Shown here piece after piece: positions 12,519 through 25,809 of a stretch of 64,000 nt of DNA (its first letter is position 1; each line of letters starts with the position of its first letter). The stretch is from Octopus sinensis (taxonomy: Eukaryota): contig NC_042999.1 of the NCBI RefSeq assembly GCF_006345805.1, positions 133,672,001 to 133,736,000 of the forward strand. Reading direction: 5' to 3'. The notes below the pieces were generated by a model. That model was given only the letters and a program-made list of their open reading frames with translations, ran no database searches and was not told where the DNA came from. Position numbers and translations under genes: made by a program.

Positions 12519-13095
12519 CACGACGGACTTCTTTCAGTTTCTGTCTACAAAGTACACTTACAAAGTTACAGTAGAAGACGCCCAAGGTGCTACGCAGTGG
12601 GAATGAACCGGACCCATGTGGTTGGGAAGCAATTTTTTTATTGTCCACAAGGGGCTAAACACAGAAGGGACAAACAAGGAAAGACAAAGGGAGTAAGTCG
12701 ATTATATCAACCCCAGTGCGTAACTGGTACTTAATTTATCGACCCCAAAAGGATGAAAGGCAGAGTCGACCTCGGCGCAATTTGAACTCAGAACGTAATG
12801 GCGGACCAAATACCTATTTTTTAAAACCCACAAGGGGCTAAACACAGAGAGGACAAACAAGGACACACAAAAGGATTAAGTCGATTATATCGACCACAGT
12901 GCGTACCTGGTTCTTAATTTATCAACCCCGAAAGGATGAAAGGCAAAGCCGACCTCGGTGGAATTTGAACTCAGAACGTAGCGGCAGACGAAATACCGCT
13001 AAGCATTTCCCCCGGTGTGCTAACTTTTCTGCCAGCTCGCCGCCTTACAGGTCTGGGAAGCAAGTTTCTTACCACACAGCCACACCTGCGCCTGT
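12240..13095 (-). mobile_element. SINE family B interrupted by a SINE-A dimer
   Basis: Family-B body at 12240-12632; its head resumes at 13054-13095. tgggaagcaa is duplicated at 12623-12632 and 13054-13063 (probable TSD). Confidence 0.85.
12633..13046 (-). mobile_element. SINE family A dimer (full copy joined to a headless copy)
   Basis: Two ~200-bp units. The junction aaatac|ctattt is at 12813/12814. Confidence 0.85.
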
Positions 13096-13619
13096 ATATA
13101 TATAGATTTAATTATAAACTTTAAAATGGACCACCAGTATAACGTGGTAGACAGAGAACAAGTCTCATATGTTTTTGTGGGAAAACTCAGCGATATTAAT
13201 CTTTAGAAAGTTGATATTACATTTCGAGGCTTATACAAAATAGCACCAGTATTGGATTCGACAGCTGATCCGGAACAAAACAATAAAATCTGAACTTTTG
13301 ATAAATTTCCTAGATAATGATTGCCCAACATATACAGCATGTCATAGATATAAGCTTAGAAATATAGCATTTGTGAGTAGTAAGATTAGATGGGGTAGAC
13401 ATTTTTTTTTAAAATGCAATATTTTGAAATTATGCTTTTAGAATCCATCGCTTTGATAATTGAGTATACTGAATTACATACATACGTACATACATACATA
13501 CATGCATACACATACATACATATTTATACACACACATACATACACACATACATACATACATACATACATACATACATACATACATACATACATACATACA
13601 TACATTACTTAAATACCAA

Positions 13620-13745
13620 TATTAAGAAATTGGGCTTCTGAAAACAAGAAAGGAGAAGGCTGATTCGGAGACTACAGAGCCAGGTCATTATTGGCACTGT
13701 AAAAGTCTGTAAAACTTTCGAGAAGTTTATCATTTAAATATATAT
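13620..13745 (+). pseudogene. 3' tip of an RLE-type (Dong/R4/NeSL-like) LINE
   Basis: LIRRLQSQVIIGTVKVCKTFEKFII* resembles the LQ..A+LGT..I.+ C-terminus of RLE LINEs. Confidence 0.5.
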
Positions 13746-13894
13746 GAGCATTTCTAGACATGATACTATAAGCATGATAATACATACATAAAACAAAACA
13801 TACAAACCTGCATATATACATACATACAAAAATACCTTGTCGATGTTGAAATTTTCTATCGGCAAGAAATCTTGAAATAATTGAATGATGACAT

Positions 13895-14119
13895 ACTCTT
13901 TACTCTCTTTTACTTGTTTCAGTCATTTGACTGCGGCCATGCTGGAGTACCGCCTTTAGTCGAGCAAATGTACCCCAGGACTTATTCTTTGTAAGCCTAG
14001 TACTTATTCTATCGGTGTCTTTTGCCGGACCGCTAAGTTACGGGGACGTAAAAACTCCAGCATCGGTTGTCAAGCGGTATTGGGGGAACAAACACAGACA
14101 CATAAACATATACACACAA

Positions 14120-14173
<54 letters not shown>

Positions 14174-14214
14174 CTGAGTGGATTTGGTAGACGGAAACTG
14201 AAAAGAAGCCAATC

Positions 14215-14257
<43 letters not shown>

Positions 14258-14314
14258 TAAAAGAAGCCAATCGTATATATATATATATATATACATATAT
14301 AAAAGAAGCCAATC

Positions 14315-14366
<52 letters not shown>

Positions 14367-14500
14367 GATGGGCTTCTTTTTCAGTTTCCGTCTACCAAAT
14401 CCACTCACAAGGTCGGCCCGAGGCTATAGTAGAAGACACTTGCCCAAGGTGCCACGCAGTCGGACTGAACCCGGAACCATGTGGTTGGTAAGCAAGCTAT
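13895..14500 (-). mobile_element. SINE family B with an internal fold-back duplication around (TA)n
   Basis: Full family-B sequence. 14175-14217 is the reverse complement of 14364-14407. Confidence 0.85.
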
Positions 14501-14838
14501 AGATGTGGTAAAAAAAAATGAAAAAAAAAAAAACGATGACGATGTAGAAGAACAAACAGGGTGAGTTGACGCTGAGGAAAATTGGAAGAAGACTTTAACG
14601 TTTCCGACCTAAATGAGGAGAGAGAAGAAAATAAAGTGAAAACAAAAAGCACGTGTAAGTAGATGGTCACCGGATGGTGAAATGATCGAAACAGGAAGAA
14701 ATGGGCTTGTGGCGTGGGTAACAAGGGAGACAATATGTGTGGATGTGTCTATGTGCATGCATGTACATGTATATACGTATTTTATATGTCTGTGTATGTG
14801 TGTGTGAATATATAAATACACACACATATTTAAATATA

Positions 14839-15312
14839 GAGTAATCCCTCACCATATCGCGGTTCACCTATCGCGCAGTCAGTACATCACGGTTCACCTA
14901 TTGCGCCCTCATTACATCGCGGATTTTTCTGGTTAGTATACGTAAATTTATGTCGTGGACTCCTCAGTGTATCGAGGGTTTCTGCAGCCGATAGGTATTT
15001 ATATTTTTTAGATTTTAATTATTTCTGTGGTAAAATAAGCATTTTCACGCTTAAAAATTAATAAATTAATAAATAAAAATACAGTACTGCACTGTATAAC
15101 ACATTAATAAGAATATATTAAAAGATAATATGTAGTGTACCGTAGATGAGTAAATAAAGAATCGCACATACTGTATGTAAAACGAAACTCGGGTGGCGAA
15201 TGTGTGGTGTTGCTTTGCATTTATAATAAAATAAATATATACAAATTATAAAAACAATAACAAAAAATATACAGGGGCGAACGTAACACCCGCGATAGTT
15301 GGGGGATTACTG
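14839..15312. mobile_element. Tigger/pogo-type MITE
   Basis: TA-gagtaatccctcaccatatcgcgg...ccgcgatagttgggggattactg-TA gives TIRs and a TA TSD. A short subterminal repeat, cggttcacctatcgcg, occurs twice. Confidence 0.8.
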
Positions 15313-15365
15313 TATACATATACATACATATACACACACACGCACACATACAACACACACAGGGT

Positions 15366-15471
15366 AGAAATTATTAAAAAATAACAATTTTTGCCAGTAG
15401 CCAGCATGCGTGAAAAACGTCCAAGGACTGCAAATTATATTCAAATATATATATAAATTATATATATATAC

Positions 15472-15530
<59 letters not shown>

Positions 15531-15785
15531 TATAATTTATATTCAAATTATATTCAGATAAGAGAGGAAAGCCACTGAGAGGTTTCCTTACATGCGGAAA
15601 ATGGACGTCAAATTTTTTAATCACGGAAAATGATTTCTCATTTGGCGTCTACTTTCAACATGTAAGGAAACCACTTAGTGGCTTTCCTCTTATCTTATAT
15701 ATTTGAATATAATTTTCAGTCCTTGGACATTTTTTTGTACGCATGCTGGCCACTGGTATTAATTGTTATTTTTTAATAATAATTT
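15366..15785. mobile_element. Fold-back/MITE-like element with long imperfect inverted arms; the left arm is expanded by (TA)n
   Basis: attattaaaaaataacaatt..ccagtagccagcatgcgt..gtccaaggactgcaaattatattcaaatat..gataagagaggaaagccact..gtttccttacatg is matched in reverse at 15658-15785. A related fragment lies at 16095-16185. Confidence 0.75.
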
Positions 15786-16202
15786 TTACTCTTAGTATTT
15801 TTTAATATTTTAGCTCTCGAGTCGGGTAATTCACTGCTAATTTATTCTAGCTTGGCGCGTTGGTTGAAGACATTTGAATTGAACTCATGATGTATAATGG
15901 TGGAACTGTATACGTACGTATGTCCTTTCACGGAGATGGAGTGTATTCGAGTTCTATTATTATGTGTCCCCAGCGGATTCCACTGAAGATCCACGGATAG
16001 TTGTTTCATTGTTAATGGTGTAACTTCGAAGTATGGAATTAACTGGTCGTTTTATATTTTTTCATAGTCTTGCACGAGTACATCCAATGCGTCGTTAAAT
16101 GAGAACGCATTTTATCGTGGTTAGACGATTTGACATCTACTTTCAGCATGTAAGGAAACCACCACTTAGTGACTTTCCTCTTATACATACATACTTACAT
16201 AC

Positions 16203-16235
<33 letters not shown>

Positions 16236-16344
16236 TATAAAAGAAAAAAATATATATACAACACAAATATTACACTCCATAGAATCCATTACTAATCAGC
16301 CCCTTCATAGCTATACTTACACCCATTCATATTCCCCTTCTCTG

Positions 16345-16570
16345 TTTTTTTCTTCTTCTTCTCTTCTTCTTCTTCTTCATCATCATCATTATCATCATCA
16401 TCGTCGTCATCATCATCAATCACCACCATCATCACCACCATCTTCTCCTTCTCCTCCTTCTTCTTCTTCTTCATCATCATCATTATCATCATCATCGTCG
16501 TCATAATCATCACCACCACCACCACCACCATCATCACCACCACCACCACCACCACCATCATCGTCATCTC
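16345..16570. repeat. Compound trinucleotide repeat (CTT)n/(CAT)n/(CAC)n
   Basis: Read directly from the sequence. Confidence 0.95.
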
Positions 16571-16870
16571 TTATAAACAGAACAATCCTATCAATATAAA
16601 TATTCTCCTGAATTGAACTGAGACTGCCAGCCGCCACTGACCATTCAAAATACGACCATCAGGGCACTCCCAGATTCTCCCATCCCCCTTTCCCCACCAG
16701 CCTTCTTCCTCTACTACCCTTCCAAAACTCACAACGACCTCCGACACAACAAGTGCAAACAAGGGAGTCAGAGAAAGGCAGAATGCCACTTAAATCTGAA
16801 CACTACTATAGAAATTTCTTTTAAAAAAACTTTTCTTCTAATTTTTCTAAATTTAATTATTTAATCGTTA

Positions 16871-16908
16871 CAGTTGAAAAGGTCTCAAAATGACCGAAAC
16901 CGGTACTG
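16871..16908 (+). ncRNA. Minimal type-I hammerhead ribozyme with U3:A8 core swap, in a probable PLE 3' fragment (~16570-16960)
   Basis: CAG-TTGAAAA-GGTC-TCAAAAT-GACC-GAAAC-CG-GTA-CTG: palindromic ACCGGT stem III and GUA cleavage triplet. Confidence 0.75.
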
Positions 16909-16966
16909 AAATGTTCACTATAAGTTTTTAGCATTTTCTATTTTTGACTTGTTTTTTCATATATAT

Positions 16967-17019
<53 letters not shown>

Positions 17020-17065
17020 TATAAAAATTGATCAAAATAAAATAAAACATGATGCGAAGGATTCA

Positions 17066-17142
17066 GCGGTACATATGTTCGGGCCTTTATTAGACAGATT
17101 TATAACAATACATAATGTATGTCTGTGGCCTTCTTCAGCCGC
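17066..17142 (-). ncRNA. Type-I hammerhead ribozyme, left arm
   Basis: GCGG-CTGAAGA-A-GGCC-(long loop)-GGCC-C-GAA(-)C-ATAT-GTA-CCGC. One A of GAAA is missing. Confidence 0.7.
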
Positions 17143-18264
17143 GCACAACACTTCCACAAGGACATGTGTTACATCAAAAGTTCTTGGTTGGGATGCAAAT
17201 CCTCTCATTCACGTACGACATAATGCGGCAGCAGCATAGAGTTGAAGCGTCCATCTCTTTCTTCTCTCAATGTAGAATGAGGAAAATTGGATGTTGAGGT
17301 AATGTAAAAATAAATACATATATAGAGGTGAAGATGGAGGGGCGAGAGTTCGGGACAGGGATAAAAAATGTATAAAAATGAAGTATAGATATATAAAATG
17401 TAGAGGATAAGGGTTTGTAAGGAGATGTAAAGGGGTATAAAGAAATATAAAGTAAAATAAAATAGAAATAAAAGTAAAAAAAACCTGATAAAAACATGAT
17501 CAATTGTAAAAGAATGTAAGAGATAAGGGATGTATAGAGGTTATGGACCAAGCATGGTGGGCAGGAGATTGGATAAATTTTTTGTAGAATGTCAGTACAT
17601 CAACATTTTCGTACTGGGGACTTACATGCGTTATATAATCAGAGCTGATGAGCATTTAATCTGGTTCCTTGAATTAAATGGACTTCTAGTACATACATAT
17701 CATCATGGATATATACACCCACATACACGCGTAATTCAAGGAACCAGATTAAATGCTCATCAGCTCTGATTTACAACGCATTAAGTCCCCAGACGAAACT
17801 GTTGATGTACTGACATTCTACACTGAATTGTTTATCTCTTGACCACCATGCTTGTCCATAACCTCTATACATCCCTTATCTTTACATTCTTTTACACTTT
17901 TATCATGTTTTTATCAGGTTTTTTTACTTTTTTTCTATTTCTATTTTTACTTTATATTCTTTATACCCCCTTTACATCTCCTTACAACCTTTATCCTCTA
18001 CATTTTTATATTATTCTATACTTACACTTTTTATACATTTTTTATCCCTCGTCCAACTCTCGCCCCTCCATCTTCACCTCTATATATGTATTTATTTATT
18101 TACATTACCTCAACATCCAATTTTCCTCATTCTACATTGAGAGAAGAAAGAGATGGACGCTTCAACTCTATGCTGCTGCCGCATTATGTCGTACATGAAT
18201 GAGAGGATTTGCATCCCCAACCAGAAACTTTTTGATGTACACATGTCCTTGTGGAAGCTGTTGT

Positions 18265-18342
18265 GCGCGCTGAAGAAGGCCACAGACATACATTATGCAT
18301 TGTTATAAATCTGTCTAATAAAGCCCGAAACATATGTACCGC
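18265..18342 (+). ncRNA. Type-I hammerhead ribozyme, right arm
   Basis: GCGCG-CTGAAGA-A-GGCC..ACAGAT..ATCTGT..GCCC-GAAAC-ATAT-GTA-CCGC, with palindromic ACATATGT stem III. One G is missing in each of stems I and II relative to the left copy. Confidence 0.75.
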
Positions 18343-18457
18343 TGAATCCTTCGCATCATGTTTTATTTTTTTGATCAATTTTTACTCACCTACTCCACCA
18401 CCTACAACCACCAAACGGTATACACAGGTGCTTATAATTATCAAGTACACACCCCGA

Positions 18458-18497
<40 letters not shown>

Positions 18498-19979
18498 CAC
18501 ACACATAATGCAACTATAATTCTTATCTAACCTGAATTTTAATTTTCTTTATACAACTAAGGCAGCTACTGGTAGTTCTATTTTAACAATCGAGAAGACT
18601 CCCTGTCGAAATCTTAACCCATTTGTGTATATTTCTGTTTGATTCTATGTGTGTATGTGAGTGTGTGTGTGTGTGCGTGCGTAATCGATAGTGTGCACGT
18701 GTGTATTTGTGAGTGCGTGATTTTGTGTGCTTCAGAGTGCCTATATACATGCTTCTGTAGACAATCTCGCACAAATATATCTATCAGTAAACATTCAACT
18801 TTACACTGCCATATATAAAGAAACATACAGATACACACGTACACTTAATAGATAAATACATACGTATACAATTATATGATATATTGTGTTATTTCAACTT
18901 TGCTTTTCATCATGCCGCTATTTGGTTGATAAATCACGTAACTTTCCTTTCATTATTACTTCGTCTATCGCTAACTTCCTCCCCTTATAATTTTACTCGT
19001 CATCCCCCTTTTCTTGTATTCTTTTCTTGCTGTCAATGTCGATTTTTATTTCTGCTTTGGTTATTGACCAACCACTTAAAAAATAATCAAGTTTTACTGT
19101 GAACGTCCTATTTCTTACACACGCAAACACACAGAAATACACACACACACAAACTGAGACGATGACCCGACTACTTAACTCAATCTAATTCTTCATTCCT
19201 TCTCTCCCCTGTCATACCGTCTTCCGATGTTTATTTCGTCATTATTCTTTGAACTAACTACTTAGATTTTCTGTAGACTTTACTATATTCACACGCCATA
19301 TAACAATCACTAACACCATGCCATCAAGAAATAGCAGTACAGTTTATCCCAAATTACATTCTACCACAACATAAAAAATATAAGCAACGATATGTGTATA
19401 TGTATGCATTGTATGCACGTATCTCCTAGATGTAACATTGAACTACATTAAGTGGTGAGACTTCAGTTCGGCAATTCAGGAGTTGTGTGTTGAGTGGATT
19501 CACCCTTTAGTTACCATAACTCCCAGGTCCGTTCTGACCCGGAACGACAGTAGCTCTGTGTGTGTTATAGTGGCCATCAACTCAAATTTGAGTTGACAGT
19601 CACTATAACACACACTTTCACATTTTGTGTTACAACTTTTAAATATACCATAACAACTTTCACGTTGAGACATGACTAATAGTTTTGATAGTACAGGATT
19701 TGCTTTTATACTTTTGTGACAAATGTTGCGACAGAATTCCATTAAGGATCTCTTCATCAGGTGTTGCATCCTTGTGCATGTGTCTAAAACTGATTTTCCA
19801 CTCGGTAGTGTATGTGCACACATTTGCTCGTAATGAACTGTATTGCTGCAGTTGAGCTGTTGAAGTTGTGTGCATATAAGCTTTCCATCTTGACCACCTG
19901 ACACGTGACACTTCATGAACGACAAGACAGACATTTAGAAGTTCAATATGACCATCATCAATGCATGTGAGTTCCCTCT

Positions 19980-20204
19980 TATTTCTTTACTGCCCACAAG
20001 GGGCTACACACAGAGGGGATAAACAAGGACAGACAAACGGATTAAGTCGATTATATCGACCCCAGTGCGTAACTGGTACTTATTTAATCGACGCCGAAAG
20101 GATGAAAGGCAAAGTCGACCTCGGCTGAATTTGAACTCAGAACGTAGAGACAGACGAAATACCGCTAAGTATTTGGCCCGGCGTGCTAACGTTTCTGCCA
20201 GAGC
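19980..20204 (-). mobile_element. SINE family A, young subfamily
   Basis: Nearly full copy with tail ...cccttgtgggcagtaaagaaat. Confidence 0.9.
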
Positions 20205-20239
20205 TTTCTTGAAAGTGTCTTAATCCAAGATAAGTGTTT

Positions 20240-20596
20240 GCCTTCATAAACTTGAGCCAAAGATAAAGAGGCTAGGTAAAGACACACCATGCGGTGGAAA
20301 CACCTTTCCTCACCAGTTCCAAAGAAAGCCAATGTCATTACATTCTCTGGGAAAGCTTCAGTTTTTTTTTATGCAAACTTTTGACTAACTTCAAAATGGC
20401 CACATCATCAATGGAGAGTACTATGCAGTATCGCAGCGATGATGACGTCATATCTACTGTTGGTGATTTTTTTTTTTTTTTGCTCAATAAGATGAAAGCT
20501 TATCCATCAATGGGATACAAGCATTGAACAACGATGGAAACAGTGTGTGAAAAGTAAACGTCTTGGTCAGCTTGTGAACTTCCCAGCCGATTCTCG
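20240..20596 (+). mobile_element. Mariner 3' remnant with right TIR
   Basis: MRWKHLSSPVPKKANVITFSGK (QWKH..SP.PKK...SAGK motif), then IEQRWKQCV (RW.KC), then TIR ttggtcagcttgtgaacttcccagccgattctcg-TA. Confidence 0.75.
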
Positions 20597-20650
20597 TATC
20601 TCTCTCGCCTTCTCTCTCTCTCTCTTCTCTCTCACACACACACACACACA

Positions 20651-20697
<47 letters not shown>

Positions 20698-20737
20698 CAT
20701 ATATATATGCATACATACATACACACACATACATACA

Positions 20738-20768
<31 letters not shown>

Positions 20769-20793
20769 CATACATACATACATACGCATACAT

Positions 20794-20857
<64 letters not shown>

Positions 20858-22792
20858 GGCATATAATTCACGTACACATTTATCTACATATTGTAGATTA
20901 TGAAATAATACGTATTAATATTGATAACTTTATATAATCTAACATTTCGAGCACATTAATACATCTCTCTTTCTCACTCACTCACTCTCCCTTTCTTTTT
21001 CTCTCCCTCTCTCTCCCTCATTCTCTTACTCAGTCTCTCTCTCCCCTTCTGTCTCTCGCTCGCTGTATCACCCGTTCTATATATAAATTTACGTGTATAT
21101 GTATGCGCATGCGTGTGCGTCAGAGTATGTGTCCGTCTGTATGCATAGCTGCATAGTCATTAATTATATAGCCACATATCTTTAATATTATGTGTTTATG
21201 TATATAATCGGATGTCGCTGTGTGTGATTTTCTTTCCGTCTATATGCGTATGTGTATGTGTATGTGGGTATTTAATGTTTCAGTATCACAGTGTGCTTTT
21301 ACATGTACATGCCTGATTGTGCGTGTATATGTGCGAACGAGATCGTATATGAATTTTTATGTGAGCTGTGTGTGTGTATGTGTGTGTGATCTTTGTACGT
21401 CAGAGAGTGTATGTATATGTGAATGTCTCTATCAGATCTTTTTGAACAATCCAGAAACGTTAGTGTTTTCAGATATCTACATCCATTACTTCACAGCGCT
21501 GATTATAAATGGCATAAAGGCTAACGATTAGAAAGGTAGAATTCTTATTTGAAACCCGCCACTCCTCCGTATAATATTCATATTTATCAAACAGCAAACT
21601 AGTCGTTTGACAGCTCTCTATAAAATATTCATGTCGACTTCTAAAAGCTATTTCCCTAATTATGTAGTCTTATATCAATAGAAAGCGACACACATTGATA
21701 CCTTTACGCTGACAGAAACTGATTAAGTATTCACCCCATTAATTCTTATGTGACAATATGTCAATTGAAACAGCTGCTGATGGGCTTCACGTGAACGAGC
21801 TAAAGCGAAAATTGCTCTTAAAATATAAGAACTTAACAGAATTAACATATGACTTTGACTTAAGAGTTTTACTTTGATGGTTCATGCTGATACACATTTA
21901 ACATAGTCACTACCTGGCACTTTCAGCATATTATTAGATCGTGCTAAATAAAAAGTCGTTTGTTTGAGGTAAAGCCAATATCGGAAGTGGGGCTAGAGCA
22001 AAAGAGCTTATACATTGTTGATCGAATACTCAACACAGAAGTAAAAATGTTCATGTCGAAAACGACAGTCATAAAACCAAGTCTTAGGGTGCGTTAACTT
22101 CTTATATCTATATTTGAGATACAGGGGTTGTATTTCCGAGTGTTTAAAATATGAAGCTATTCTTTCGTGGCATTGATCTCCTGAAGCAATCTTGGCGAGT
22201 ATTTATCAACACCAATGCCGAGAACAATCATCGTAAACTTGCCAATATTTACTCCACCATCCAGGCAACGTCGTCTTTTAACGATGTGAAATTCCAATAA
22301 AAGTCACAGCTCATACCTATCAATGTCTTTCTCTTCCCTTGCAATAAAGTACAAACTAGCTTATACTCTCTCCTAAATATGTTCTCTAATCGCGGCTCGT
22401 TTACTCAGAACCTCACTTAAGACTACTTAACGGATATTATTTTCTAAATTTGGAGTATATTTTTGTGGGGATCTATAGTCGAATAAATAAACTTTCTCTA
22501 TTCCATTCCTACCGATCGACTGACTGCAGGAGAACAAACAGTGCCGATTAGATTGCAAAATGTAGATAGAAAGGAACATAAGTGTAAGGCATTTAACTAT
22601 AATATTACGTGTCTTTTAATCCACTGCCCTTGCCTTAGCCAATATTTACAAGTAATTGTAAGTTAACATCTATCGCACAATCCTTGCATAGCTACATCAT
22701 TTCAAAGTCGTAGAACTGCTTATTCTTGTGAAGCAATTATCATCATCATCATCATCATCATCAGCATCATCATTATTATTATTATCATTATT

Positions 22793-23380
22793 CAGTAGTT
22801 TTATTTTTATAGCGTGCTTTCACTTCACTACCGAGCGCAGCTCTGTGTGCCTTGGGTATGTGCTGTGGTTTATTGTGATGCTCTTTTGGTTACTGTATTG
22901 AAAGTGCTTTCCGTAGGATGCGTGCAGGCAGTGCCCAGTAGTGCAATTTTCTGTATGTTATATATATTTGTAAGTCCTGGTATTTTTGTAATGTTTTTGT
23001 CTGAATATTTTTTTTATCATACCTAATGCGCCTACAATGATAGGAATTGTTTCTGTTTTTATATTCCACATTCTAGTTACTTGTATTTCCAGGTCTTTGT
23101 ATTTTGAAAGTTTCTCCATTTCTTTTACAGAAACGTTGTCATCTGCTGGTATTGATACATCAGAAAGCATTTTTATTTCTTCGTGATCTCTGAAACTATA
23201 TCTGGCCTATTGGCTTTAATTTCTCTGTCTGTGTGTATTGGCATATCCCAGAGTATGGTTGCTTTCTCGTTTTCCGTGACCTTTTCTGGTGAGTGCCTAT
23301 ACCATCTTTTTTCTGCTGTTATTCCATAGTGCTGGTATAGCTTCCAGTGTATGTAGGTCCCAACTCTGTCGTGTCTGTGA
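22793..23380 (-). mobile_element. 5'-truncated RLE-type LINE (Dong/R4-like) embedded in (TAA)n
   Basis: LSDVSIPADDNVSVKEMEKLSKYKDLEIQVTRMWNIKTETIPIIVGALG is the restriction-like endonuclease motif (D+S+P.D....KE.EK..KY..L). (TAA)n-type tracts lie on both sides. Confidence 0.85.
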
Positions 23381-23381
23381 A

Positions 23382-23463
<82 letters not shown>

Positions 23464-23464
23464 T

Positions 23465-23849
23465 ATTCTCTTTGCACAGCCTCTAACGCTGGAGATGTAC
23501 TACGGTGCCAGTTGTTCACCACCAGTGAACTAAGGTAACACCCCTTATTTTTCGAGCACCATCCGGAGTATTCAAGCGATTCTAAGCAGCGCTGTTTTCA
23601 GCAAGTGCCCCACTCTTATTGCAGCCCCTATTTGTTCCATGTACTTCTCAAGATTTTTACTCACTATTCCCAGGGCTCCGGCAATTATTGTTACTGCTAC
23701 CAACTTTTCAAGCGACCAAAACTGCTTAACTTCCCAAGTTAACCTGTCATATCTATCGACTTTTCTTTCTTCCTTATCGCATACCTTGTTGTCAGCTGGA
23801 CATGCTATAATCTATGGTCCAGCATCGTTTCTTTTCCTTCTCAATTCCC
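23465..23849 (-). mobile_element. Second, distinct 5'-truncated RLE-type LINE (Dong/R4-like) in (TAA)n
   Basis: Frameshifted CWTID-IACPADNKVCDKE..KVDRYDRLTWEVKQFW...TIIAGALGIVSKNLEKY..TALL, flanked by (TAA)n on both sides. Confidence 0.8.
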
Positions 23850-24001
<152 letters not shown>

Positions 24002-25567
24002 CTTATGATAAACAATAATTAAATACATATATTGATTTATTAGAACAAATTATAAGTTGATGAAATATCAATTTAGTCTCACGTGTGTCAGTTGGATTGC
24101 AGACTCAGTCGAACTTTGGAAATACCGCATGACATTTGGTTATATTCTTTCTAGACCTCAGGTCAAATCCTACCTTGCATTCTCCCACGATCAAGAATCC
24201 AAACACCAATCGATAAAACGAATACTGGGATTGATATAATTACCAATAACTTCGACAGTTTTACCTCAATATGGCCACAGTTCAATTAATGAAATGAGTA
24301 AAATAGTAAAAAAAAAAAAAAACCAGTCAGTATTCTAACGTAGCTCAAATGAACTAAAGTATTAAAATACATAGGATACATTTGTAAACTCAGATATAAA
24401 ACTACAACTATTTTTATTTGCTCATTTGTTAACAAGAATGTAGATTAATATATTACGCATTGTCGTGATTTTACGAGTTAAGAAATAGAGGATTAAAGTG
24501 AGCACGTTTTTCTTATTAGCATTAGCGACGAGTTCTTAGTAAAATGACTGTAACCAGAAAAGAACGAGTAAACTGGGGGATAAATATTACTTAATGCTCC
24601 CAACCTTTATTTTATCTGGAAAATATCGTGTGAATTTTAAATATAGGAATCCAACGTTCTAAAAACTAATCGTTCAGTAGAACTATGAAAGAAGCTTCTA
24701 AAACAGCCGTGAAAGCTGGAATAAAATGTAATATGGTAAATTCAAAGACAAGAATTTTATTCATCAGCAGAAAAGATTAGTAGGTTCCTTATAGGAAAAC
24801 GAGACATATAAAAATGATATTAAACTATCACAACGTTTCTTTTCCTTTTCTTTATCCATTCACGTATACCCTCCCAATGGTAAGTGAATTATTATCTTCG
24901 TATTAGTAACATAGAAAAAATACATATCGAGCTAAAGGTTGTTGGTCATAACTTAGCTATATTAAGAATAAGTAACGTATAGTATATTTCTATATACTAA
25001 AATACTATATTCATACACCAATAATGTTGCGCAATTTGAAATTGAAGAAGACACTTCACAATAATGTTCCTCCATTTTTTTTACGTAATTTCACTAACCA
25101 GTTTATGCTCGTAGCTTCCTAGCAAAGGATGTACTTATAATTTTCGCTATTTAGCAATATCTTAGATGGAAATAACAAGCAGATAATATACTATGTTATC
25201 ATCACTAAAGTACTGACATGGCTATGTGGCTGAAGTCTACTTCACAAACGGCAAGTGAATCAGAAATCGATCGTACTAAACAGCACGCGTTTTCTTCAAG
25301 TGTGTTCTACTATAAATCTGAGGCCGCCAAACTTACGAATGAAATTTTGTACACTCAAACTGCGTTATTCTGACAGCAAATTATGGTGTCTTGGGCACAT
25401 AAATATATGTGGTCATGTTACGGTACAGCCTTGAAGGGTTTTAGCTAAATAAATCGATCCTAGTACATATTTTAAGGTCTCGTACTATATCCTGCCTATT
25501 TCTTTTGCCGAATCGCTACTTTTCAGAGTCTAAACAAACCATCAGCAGTTGTCAAGCGGTGGTAGGA

Positions 25568-25680
<113 letters not shown>

Positions 25681-25729
25681 TATACATATATATATTTTTA
25701 TACATATATATATAATATATATATATACA

Positions 25730-25803
25730 GGCGTATGGCTCAGTGGTAGGAGCGTCGGGCTCACAATCATGAGTTAGTGAGTTCGATTCCCGGTTCGGGC
25801 TGG
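25730..25803 (+). mobile_element. tRNA-derived SINE head (not a functional tRNA)
   Basis: A box TGGCTCAGTGG and B box GAGTTCGATTCC. The anticodon stem is imperfect and there is no acceptor stem. Related to the head at 6440-6482. Confidence 0.75.
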
Positions 25804-25809
25804 TATACA

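Larger units (their letters stand above)
17022..18384. repeat. ~1.36-kb fold-back (two ~655-bp inverted arms, 55-bp spacer at 17677-17731), probably inverted PLE pseudo-LTRs
   Basis: taaaaattgatcaaaa..catgatgcgaaggattcagcggtacatatg (from 17022) is mirrored by catatgtaccgctgaatccttcgcatcatg..ttgatcaattttta (to 18384). Inner ends are ccttgaatta and taattcaagg. Confidence 0.95.

Noticed and set aside
14593-14640. Minus-strand GAAAC-GTT-AAAG resembling the 3' half of the 26172/50276 ribozymes
   Set aside because: No recognisable core or stem II upstream; too decayed to call.
21960-22300. Possible LINE RT remnant on the minus strand (GVNIG...)
   Set aside because: Only weak similarity and no catalytic motif.
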